Below, piece after piece: positions 11,364-20,737 of a stretch of DNA of 64,000 nucleotides. The position numbers and the translations under genes were made by a program. The stretch is from Dudresnaya verticillata (lineage: Eukaryota). Every line of letters begins with the position of its first letter. Position 1 is the first letter of the stretch. The notes beneath the pieces were generated by a model. It was not told the origin of the DNA, ran no database searches, and was given only the letters and a program-made list of their open reading frames with translations. The stretch is taken from assembly GCA_977862235.1 (NCBI GenBank), contig OZ374557.1:2356001-2420000 (forward strand), in the 5' to 3' direction.

Positions 11364-12329
11364 TTGGGAGGGATACCATCAGCCGAGGTTACTGAAATGA
11401 AGACGAGAACCAAGATAGGTCGTTCTGATACCGCTATTGATAACTCTATTTTGCCGGCGCATACTCCCCTTCCACAATACAGGGCTCGTGCTCGCATATG
11501 TATTGAAACAAGCGTCGATATCAACATGTGCAGCATTAACTGCCCCGAATACGTGGCGAAGAAGGAATCAATTTGCTGGTCCCAGTTTCGAGAGGGTAGT
11601 GCGTTAAACTTCGCGTGTCTGAACATTCCACGTGGCAGGCATGATGAATCCAATCGTGTGTTTAGGTACAAAAAGTACACGGTATATAGCCCAGCGGAAC
11701 AATAGCGATCCAAGGTACTGATGCAGAAATCCCCCGCTGATGTACTACCCCCGGTGGGAGTTCAAACGCACATCCTCGTACGTAAGGGGAAGATATCTGA
11801 CTTCGTACCTAGGGAGCCTACACGAGAAGTCAGTGCTGAACTGCTTGGGAAGAGCCAGGATCTGTCGTGTCTGGATTTCAATGCCCTGCGCAGACCAGAG
11901 GAAACTGACAAAGATATGGTCCGCCGCATTGGTGAGTCCAACTTACTCGCATTAATTGACAACTGAATCTCCGAAGGCAAGCGGTTCACCGGCCTTGAGG
12001 CATTGGGAATCAGACTATTCGACCGGTCTGTTTTTCCTACATTTATGGAACGCGTTCATGGACAGGCAAATGCAAAGAACTACGGACAAACGGAACGAGT
12101 TGGAGGTTTCAAGACCTTCCTAGTTTATATTCAGCAGAGAGAGGAAAAGAAGCTGATGTCAAATCCCGACACAGCTATTGTGCTGGAAGTACTCTCGCGG
12201 GGACATGGCAAATTCAAAAGCCGCCAGGAGCGTAATTCGTATTACGTCGCTCGTCAAGAATACAACCGTCGACATCTTTTCGTTTCTAACATTACCGACG
12301 ACGAAAGGTACGGCCGTAAGCACACGTAG
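11364..12329 (+). pseudogene. Disrupted ~320-codon ORF of unknown function
   Basis: ORFs 11364-11705, 11721-11966 and 12003-12329 are in one frame, separated only by single stops (TAG 11703, TGA 11964). Confidence 0.55.
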
Positions 12330-12408
12330 TCAAGACCGACGCGCGTCTCCAAGTACTACTCCTTGCTACGCAATCAGATTGATTGGTCGACTTCATCCTT
12401 GGTCGATA

Positions 12409-12942
12409 TTAAACAGACTTGCATGACGAATCTTTCTTATACATGACGCGCACGTCATGCTCCGCACGGGCCACCCTTGCCTCCTTTACCTCCACAGTCC
12501 CTTCTGCGTCAGTTTTGGCAAAATGCCAAGTCAGGAGAAGGCGGCACATTCGCTCCATCTCCCGTACTGGCTCGCTTGCCAGGCGAATCGCCTCGACCAA
12601 GACGGCATCGATTTCATGAGCTTCGGATCCGGAGAAAGCATCCCCCGATACGTAATCAAGCTTCCTCATACCCCCACGGTATACCACTGTGAGCATGTTC
12701 TGGTCATGATCGTATTGACCCATAACGACCTCAAACTCCCGAGCACGCTTCTGTTCCATGACTCTTTCTTTATCCTTCACCTCCAAGGATCGCATTATGC
12801 GTTCCGAAAATTGCAAAGAGTCACCATTAAGGCGGCGCTGCTGCTCTGCCAATCGACGCCTCAATTCACAGCGCATGAGGTCATGAAATGCGCAGAAACC
12901 TGACTGTATGTCGTCCGGCAACACCGGGAGGTCAATGAGCAT
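12409..12942 (-). CDS. Hypothetical helical protein (177 aa from ATG 12942)
   Basis: Charged helical composition (ELRRRLAEQQRR...KERVMEQKRAREFE); the frame is open further upstream to 13233. Confidence 0.45.
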   Translation of the reverse strand: MLIDLPVLPDDIQSGFCAFHDLMRCELRRRLAEQQRRLNGDSLQFSERIMRSLEVKDKERVMEQKRAREFEVVMGQYDHDQNMLTVVYRGGMRKLDYVSGDAFSGSEAHEIDAVLVEAIRLASEPVREMERMCRLLLTWHFAKTDAEGTVEVKEARVARAEHDVRVMYKKDSSCKSV

Positions 12943-14366
12943 GTCGATAGTAATAGGAATGACTACACTTCGGCAAGAAATCCTCTTCCCTGTGTGTACA
13001 GCCGTATTTCTGTTCCTCAGTACCGTAGAGGAGGTCTGTGAAATGCAACGATTGCGCGCTTTTAAACGGAAAGTAACACTTGTAGCTAATGGGTTTTGCT
13101 GTGTACGAGGCTTAGGCATTCTCTGTATACAAATAGGGATATATCTTCGATTGGACACGTTCAAATTCCGGTAATCAGAATGACCGTACTGTACCGAAGC
13201 ACTTATACCGGCAGAAGTATGAGGACCCTGCAAAAATGCAGCCTCAACTTGCTGGATAGTTCACATACACCGCCCAGATATTAGGTGGAACCGCAGATCA
13301 GACTATCTGAACCTCCGCAGAATAGGGCTTTTCTGTATTGCTAGAACGAGGACATGTTGACCTGTGCACAATTCTGGAACGTATTTACAGGGATCACTTG
13401 GACACACTGGTACATGCTGTATTATGGTCTCACGTATGGTATTAATCATTTCCCTGACCTTGATATTACTTGTATCATTGGGTAACACGCATACTTACGT
13501 TTGTCGTGGCATCCGATGGCAGATTGTGATCATCAGTTTGTTTCGGTGCTACAGTGGTCTTATGATGACCATATCTGCAGGGTGGAGGCGCAGGTTTCAG
13601 GAAATGCCAATGTTAAACGACTCTGTGAAGGCGGACAGTAACCTCTTGCCAATTCGAAAACCCGAGGTTATTCCTATCGTTTCTGAGGAACACGTTCATG
13701 TTGGTACAATTGGAATGACTGTACGTTTGCGAATCGTCTACATCACCCCAGTCCAAGGGAGTGTGCCTACGCAGGCACACGTACTTCCAATTTCCCCTCC
13801 ACGTTGTGGAACTATTTCGTATGCCCATTTCTTACCCGCCTTGAGCATTGTTTAGATACTCTGGTAGGGGAGCTGTGAATCGGAATCACTGTACGGTTGG
13901 ACGGCTAGAACTGACTTCCAAATGGTTTCTGAGAAAGTACGAACTTAGGGTGAACACCCCTACCGCACAATACGTCGACATATTTACCGACGACCAATAG
14001 AACCCTGCAGTGATTTGTAGCTTCATGAAATCTCGCGCAATGTATCAGGGCACCACCAATGGTACAGGGCTCTAACTATCTTTCCGGAAAAGTTAAAACC
14101 GTACGTGAGGCTGTTAGTCATGCGGACAAACTTCGTTTCCAGGTTAAAGCTGGAAACCGGCATGATATATCCTGTCTTTCAATGCCGTGACCACTGACCT
14201 GACTACGGACATATTGTTGTAAACCCGAAGTGCTCTTCGTGAAAACCGCAACGCTTATCCCGTGCTCATCAGCTTAACGCAACCAGTTGGAAACACCTAC
14301 GGCAACCAGTTGGAAAGACGTACGGCGACCGTTTTTTCAAAAGTGCTGAATTATACTTTTGGCTGG

Positions 14367-17296
14367 ATGGGCAAGAAACGTTCAGGAAAGGGTGCTGTTA
14401 CACAATCTGAAGCGGACCAAAATTGCTCTTCTGCAAGTATGGGGAGGGCATTGTTTTCTGACGTAATGGAGGGTTCCGTGAATATGAGAATTGACCCCAG
14501 GGAGTGCTTCCCGCTAACGGCAATAAGACCCGTGGCGCGCTCCGGAGTGGAACGCCTCAAAGCTCGCATTCATCTACACTCATCAGAGAAGAAAGGCGGT
14601 GAAGGGACTATTGGGTACGTTGCCGGGTCTGACTCTCCAATTGTCATCGAAATGACAGGGTCTCTGCGGGGTCACGTCGTTGCGTATTTCAAGAATATGA
14701 AAGGGCAAGGGAAGGAGTACACGGAGGAGGAGGCTTTGGAGAAGGCAAACAATCGCTCCAAATGGTACGGCATTATTGACGGCTTGCGTAGACATTGCGT
14801 TATTTTGGAGTTAATGGAGGAGTTCCCAACAGTCTGGCAGTCTTTCGCATGGCCTGTAACGATTTTGAAGGGTGGGCACAACGTCTATGAGCTCCGGCAG
14901 CTGGCAAGACATCAGAATGAGAAACACGACCAGGGATACTTTATCGAGACTACATTTTTTGACCTGGTCCGCGGTCTGCGGGAGGAGGCGGAGAGGTTGC
15001 AGACCAAGACTGGGAAACAACGAAATGCCCCAAAAATTGCGGAGGCGTATGACGGTTCGAAGTTATATCGGAACAACACCATTAAACAGACTGCTCAGAC
15101 AGTTATGCGGTTGGATACGAGAGTAATTCACGCAACTGGACAAATTCCAAATGAGGAGAGACCGGATATAGCTGCAAAGATGACAGGAGACAAGGAAGGG
15201 ACAACACTCGACAAGGACGGAGCAACGAGGACGGTTGACTGCCGCGTCACAGAAAGTTCACCCACATTTCATCACAGAAGTCTGCAATCGCCTTCATGAA
15301 TGGGAACAAACTGGATGATGGCGTAGAAATACAGATTTCATCTTTGTACCGACTACGCGAAGTACATCGACTTCAGAGGTTCCGGTCAGTCACCAGCTTT
15401 CAGACTCTGGAACAATTTGGAAGGGCGAAGGCAGCAATGAGGGAAGCACGGAAATTCTAACGCCTTATCGAGAGCCAGAGTTGGCCTGAAGGTATGAACG
15501 TCATTCGCCAGAATCTCCTTCGTTCCACGAAGCAGGACCACGAGGTGCGTGCAAACTTCGGAAATGACCACGATGTGCTCAAGCTCTTGATAGCCGTTTA
15601 TCGAAGGGAATGCCTGCAACAAGCTCCAGTTAAGGAAAAGAAATTCAAGCACCAGTTCCAAGCAGAAACGGATTCTGGGAAAGATACATCTCTAGACATA
15701 GGAGAAAGTGACAGGCCAATAGTTTCAGCTTCCGAGATTGATAAGACGAGTTCTGAAGTTGATGGAAAAACTCAAGGGGGGAAAGAAAAAGACTCGAAGG
15801 GGGCCCTTGGTGGCCAAAAGCAGTCGGAAGCCGTTAAGGAGACTGTAACTGACACGCAGAGGCAGATTACGCAATCGGTCCTGGATCCTACAGACGACAA
15901 CGACACAGGCGCATTAGCTGGTAACAATGACATCCCGAACGAGTGTATTGGACCGGGTAGTCGTTCTGTTTCTTCAACACGCAATTCGGAGAGACTGGAT
16001 ACCGGTTCTGATCTGGAGGGGAAGGACCCGCTTTCCAAATGCAGGATACGAACATATCAGATGAAGTGGGAGGAATATGACCAATCAATCAGGAATGAAT
16101 GCAGTCCTCTATTTGACGTCGTGCTTGCTGACCCTCCGTATGGAACCCCGAAGGGAATGTCAAATGCTGGAACTGCATACGCAAACCATTTCAGTGAAGA
16201 AGACATCAAGCGCCTTTGCGAGTTTTGTAGACGTTTTGTGAAGGAGGGTGGTTGGGTGTTTCTGTTCTGCAGCTTCTTGAAATTCCCGTTGTTTCAAAAG
16301 GCACTTACCGACAACAATTTCGATAGTCCGCAGTACCCTTTCTTACTCTGCAAAGACACAACTACTGTCCAGATAAGTCGCAAGAAGGGACTGGAGAATG
16401 CGGCTGAGGCAGCAGCCTTCGGAAGACACAAGGGTACATCCAAGAACTCTTTCTCTCCAGACCTCTCCAGCCCGTACCACGTCATCTCGTGTAAGGAGCG
16501 ACGAACTTTTGCTGTGATGACCTCTGTTCCCGTACCCAGAGATAAGCTCATGAAGCCAGGGACTAGCAGGGCACCAGTTCTGACGGAGGAGAAAAATCCT
16601 GATGCACTTAGTGAGATCATCACACCCTTCTGCCCTGAAGGCGGCTCGGCCCTAGAATCTCATGCGGGTACAATGACTACAGGCATTGCCTGCGTTCGGA
16701 CAGACAGAGAGTGTTACCTCGTCGAAAGAAACCCGGAAACATACAGACTGGCTCGTGCACGCCTGCACCGCATGGCAGAGGAGAAGCAGAACGGGTCGTA
16801 TCAAGATTCAGGGGTCCAAGCACAGAAGCGCTCGGCAAAACAGATGGACAAACAGCCGGACACGAAGAGGGTACGCACTGATCAGTCTGAAAGGGAATCA
16901 CAGACTCTAATGATGTCCCCAGGTAAGCAACAGTCTGGGAAACGTACAGGAAAACCTAGGGAGAAACCGCTGTCATGCGATCGACCGCAACGCAAAGGTG
17001 GTGACGCAGTTTGGCTGCTGTGTGGTCCAGATAAGGTTGGGAAGGCAGTACTGCAACCGGGTAACGACGCCCACGGACTGAAGACAGAAATACACCAGCA
17101 AGGGTTGCGGGAGCTCGGCAAGGAGGGAGACAATCTCGTGGCTGTATTTTCCTTCAAAGTTCGCGATGCGTTCGCGGAGAGGCCGTACAAGTACACTTTT
17201 ACGGGTCCGGAGGAACCGCCAGCACTGCTGCGAGACTTAAACGCATTCTTCGTATGGGATCTTCACATGATGGAGGGTTGTGATAGAGAGCCATGA
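14367..17296 (+). pseudogene. ParB/Srx-like domain + beta-class N6-adenine/N4-cytosine DNA methyltransferase fusion (~975 codons; one frameshift, one stop; MTase domain itself uninterrupted in ORF 15494-17296)
   Basis: ParB-like WYGIIDGLRRH; MTase motif IV FDVVLADPPYG (DPPY 16130-16141), RRFVKEGGWVFLF, EKNPDALSEIITPFCPEGG, motif I variant SALESHAGTMTTGIAC, CYLVERNPETYRLARARL. A 1-nt frameshift at ~15248 and TAA 15458-15460 separate the two ORFs. Confidence 0.85.
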
Positions 17297-17392
17297 AAGT
17301 CTGCTCCATCTATTTTTGGGCTGTACCGGATGTACAGTCTGCCAGTCGAGGGCGGCGGACGGTCCACTGCACATTTCCAGCTGGAAGGAACT

Positions 17393-17662
17393 ATGGCATC
17401 CATGCACGCTCGTCGCGACCAAGGCAGCGGAAGTTCGGATGTCGACCCTGCTCGCCTACTGTCCGAATTGCGTGCTCTTCGAGGCGAGGTGGAAGGATTA
17501 AGGACGGCAGTGGAAAGAGCTCGACAACGAATGAGGGCGGTGGTTGCCGCTGTTATGGACCGATTGTCCAGAGTAGTGATAAACGCCGTTTATATTGCCC
17601 GAAGTGCTAGAAGAAGGCTGCGGTCAATCGGAAGGGTAGATACAACGCAACGAAGAAGATGA
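17393..17662 (+). CDS. Small coiled-coil protein (89 aa)
   Basis: DPARLLSELRALRGEVEGLRTAVERARQRMR heptads; resembles the ORFs at 17737 and 32791. Confidence 0.5.
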   Translation: MASMHARRDQGSGSSDVDPARLLSELRALRGEVEGLRTAVERARQRMRAVVAAVMDRLSRVVINAVYIARSARRRLRSIGRVDTTQRRR

Positions 17663-17736
17663 GCCCGACCTGGACTTCGACATTGAGAATCAGTTTCAAG
17701 CTTCCATGTGACTTTTTCAGACTTCGTACAAAAACA

Positions 17737-17988
17737 ATGCCGCTACCTGTCAATCCAACAATGGCCGAAGTGCAGCGAGAGTTGGCACTTCTACGTGCTG
17801 AAATCTACCATCTTCGCAACACTGTGCGGGAGCTAGAAACCGAAGTGCAAAGGGCATTTGATTTCGTAAGACACCTTGTGCATGACTTCGGGAGAAGGAC
17901 GTTGAGAAAACTTCGATGGTCAGGATCCGGATTCAAGACCTGCATAGTTCCGTTCGTGTCGTCAGAGGACGTCAAGATCGCAATGTAG
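17737..17988 (+). CDS. Small coiled-coil protein (83 aa)
   Basis: aaaacaATG context; NPTMAEVQRELALLRAEIYHLRNTVRELETEV heptads. Confidence 0.5.
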   Translation: MPLPVNPTMAEVQRELALLRAEIYHLRNTVRELETEVQRAFDFVRHLVHDFGRRTLRKLRWSGSGFKTCIVPFVSSEDVKIAM

Positions 17989-18262
17989 AAGACCCTTCTT
18001 CCGATTCCGTCTAGAACTGAGTAGACTGCCATCGGGCTGTAGTAAAGATGAGAACGGCCCTAGCACTTACCATCAAGGGTTGCCACTGCGGGAAGCCTGG
18101 AGACCAGCAGTGGAATCCATTGCACACATTTGTAATGGGACACGGCCATTGCGAACTATTCGTCTTTGCCCTCTTCCGTGAATAACTAGCCCCGAAGGTC
18201 CTTCGCTTCGCTGCTCGCGTTTCGCGCATGCACTCGAGTTCCGCAGACTTAGAGATTCAGCC

Positions 18263-18580
18263 GTGCGGAATCAGGACATCGACCAGCTCGAAGTGCTTTT
18301 CGGTTTTGAGGCTCGCAAGAGACTTGTTAACTTCAAGCTCGATTTTAGTCGCCTACCGTATCTCACGTTAGAAAGTTTGGCTCCTATTGCACAGGCGCAA
18401 AAGGCAGAGCCTGACCCGTTTCAGTCATACACGCATGTCTCCGAGCTCAGGAAGGAACTTAGAGAACTCCGTCTCGCGTTTGCGGGCACGGAAGTCGCGT
18501 CGGAGCATAGTGACTCGGTTGAAGGTGCGCTTATTGCCGCCTATGAGGCGATAGAGTATACCCTGCGCATTGGTTCTTGA
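18263..18580 (+). CDS. Hypothetical helical ORF fragment
   Basis: VSELRKELRELRLAF helical segment; no ATG start, possibly a fragment. Confidence 0.3.
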   Translation: MRNQDIDQLEVLFGFEARKRLVNFKLDFSRLPYLTLESLAPIAQAQKAEPDPFQSYTHVSELRKELRELRLAFAGTEVASEHSDSVEGALIAAYEAIEYTLRIGS

Positions 18581-18909
18581 TGTCTTGGAGCGCAGGCATC
18601 CGGAACTTGACACCAGCTGTGGCTGTCCGGGTAGAGATATGCGCCAGAGTCCACCCCTTGATATGATAAAGGCGTCAGACATGTCGCCCTCACAAATGCG
18701 CCGCCCCGAATCACTTAAGTCTCAGGTTCCGGGAGTGGTGGTGATGAGCGCCTAGGTCATTTGCAGTTGGGCAGTGTCTCTACCAGCGGTTTATCAATTT
18801 TTCGCGCGGAGTGGAGCACTGAATCGTTGGAAGCTCTCTCGCCGAAAACCATAATACTGTTCATGAAACGGCTGCATGCCCTCCGTGTGCATTGGGTGAT
18901 TCTCATCAT

Positions 18910-19794
18910 CTATGAAGCTACCTTCTGCAAGTCTCTCACCTCATCAACAACGCGTAACACATCGTCTGCAACCAGTCGCAGTAGCAACTCTCGCTTTCCT
19001 CTACTTTCAGCATCATGCCCATTGGTCGCCTTCTCAAAGTTTTCGATGCCAGTTGTTTTCTTCAGCAAGCGCATGCTTTCCATCACAGCAGCAACGATTG
19101 TCTCTCCCTTCGCGGCACGCGCAAAGAACTCATGCTTGACAAAGACATTATCACCAGCTTCGTCAGAGGCTGGAAACAACGCTGCCTCATCTCCGAGGTA
19201 GTCCACATGCGCGCGATAGAACACAGGAACGATAGATGGCACGCGGGCGAGAACTTTCGCAGCATGCGCGCAGCGTTTCTGGAAGCACATATCTGATATC
19301 AGCTCGCAAATCGTCCAAAGCTTGGCGGGAAACTCGGGCGACACAATGAAGACACCGACTCGAGCTTTCTCCATTGCCGTATCCATCGAGCCGTGTGCGT
19401 CATTGCCAACTGCGAGACTTTCCCTGTCTACGAATGCTGATACGCCCCGGTCGCGGAGCATCCTCCACAAAGACATAGCCATCGTCTCCTTGTCCAGCCC
19501 ACTGTGGCACATGAACACGTCATACCCCGACGCATTGAGATAGGCCTGCTTTTCCAGGGCCATCCGCATCTCGTGCTTCAGTGATGGGAAGCCTTTTCCG
19601 AGTATGATCGCGCTCTTGTGCAACGATCCCAACTCCAATCTTAGTGGGACTGTAGGTTGGGCTTCATCACGCTGCGAGAGAGCGTTCCACTTCTCAGACT
19701 GCGGAGTAGCTTCGCGCAAAGTCCAACTTTCGTCCGGTACCCACCGTCCCTCATGAATCTCAGTCCGACGCCGCCGCTCCCGCCCCCGGACCAC
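18910..19794 (-). CDS. Toll/interleukin-1 receptor (TIR) domain protein
   Basis: YDVFMCHSGLD, LRDRGVSAFVDRESL, VGVFIVSPEF, WTICEL (conserved Glu codon 19303-19305), IVPVFY. Frame open across the domain; true start uncertain. Confidence 0.9.
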   Translation of the reverse strand: MVRGRERRRRTEIHEGRWVPDESWTLREATPQSEKWNALSQRDEAQPTVPLRLELGSLHKSAIILGKGFPSLKHEMRMALEKQAYLNASGYDVFMCHSGLDKETMAMSLWRMLRDRGVSAFVDRESLAVGNDAHGSMDTAMEKARVGVFIVSPEFPAKLWTICELISDMCFQKRCAHAAKVLARVPSIVPVFYRAHVDYLGDEAALFPASDEAGDNVFVKHEFFARAAKGETIVAAVMESMRLLKKTTGIENFEKATNGHDAESRGKRELLLRLVADDVLRVVDEVRDLQKVAS

Positions 19795-20540
19795 AACACA
19801 CTTCCCCTCTTGCTGCTGGTCTTCCTGGCTGCGCCGCTTCAGGTTTGCGCCGTCGAGCTTCCACGGTCACTGCTTCTCGCGCGCAACTATTCAGACTGCC
19901 CCGTCTTCCTGCCAGACGTCGCCCCCCGGGCGCCGGCCAGACCCGCATCGTCGGTGGCCAGCCGCCATGGACTTTATGCGCTCCCATCTCGTCTCGTTCC
20001 ATGCGGAGGGCTGCGGGGCCTCCCTCATATCCAGGCGTTGGGCTATCACAGCTCGTAGTGTATGCAGCTGACAAGCGTCCTATGCAGATTGCCATCGTCT
20101 TTTTCGGCTATGGCTGCGCACGGCCGCACACGGCCGAAAATCCCTGGCGGCTACACACGACAAACATCACAAGCACCGACGCCGACGGACCCTCCAAGCG
20201 GAACAACGTCACCGCCCACGCAGCCATCATCTGCAGCGAGCGCTAAACCGAGCACGACGCCGGATGCGAAGGGAGGAAGCAGTGGGGACGGCGCGGGGGC
20301 GAGGGCTCGACCTACGCTGTGAAAAGGGTTCCAGTCGTGTGCTGCCCTTGTCAAGGGCACTGGTGTTGTGTGGTGTGCGTTTTCTTGAGTGGTATGCCAG
20401 TGCGTTTTCAGATGATGTCGGGCTCGGAGCGGTGCGGCTGGGCGTCTCGGGAAATGTAGCAAACGCAGGAGGACCAAAGTGAAAAGCTATAAACGAATAT
20501 GAATATCAGCCAATAGCTAATGGCGCCGGAGAAATGTAGT

Positions 20541-20730
20541 ATCATTTTCTTAGCTTTTTGATTTCCTCCTCCGCGGGAGCTACATAGCTCCCGTGTTTCC
20601 CGAAATCACAATACCTAAGAAAATAGATATTTACACTCGCGGCATTCCGTTAGCTACATAGCCCCCATTGTCGCCGAAATGGGAAACCTAAGAAAATAGC
20701 TTTTCGAATCTGTCGGCGACAGGGAGCTAC
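20541..20730. repeat. Cluster of short inverted/direct repeats
   Basis: ctaagaaaatag at 20614 and 20688, inverted at ~20541-20553; hairpin cgggagcta-ca-tagctcccg (20574-20593); further gctac copies. Confidence 0.7.
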
Positions 20731-20737
20731 CGTCCTC

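Noticed and set aside
14134..14316. Small hairpin tttccag/ctggaaa and duplicated caaccagttggaaa upstream of the MTase gene
   Set aside because: Possible promoter elements, but too short to support a claim.
15246..15480. Intron explaining the break between the ParB-like and MTase ORFs
   Set aside because: No convincing donor site, and the intervening sequence translates as protein-like text in the MTase frame; not fully excluded without RNA-seq.
14367..19794. Prokaryotic restriction-modification or Thoeris-like defence island / contamination
   Set aside because: Embedded in a Gypsy element alongside eIF3m and TPC1; no restriction endonuclease or ThsA-like effector recognised.
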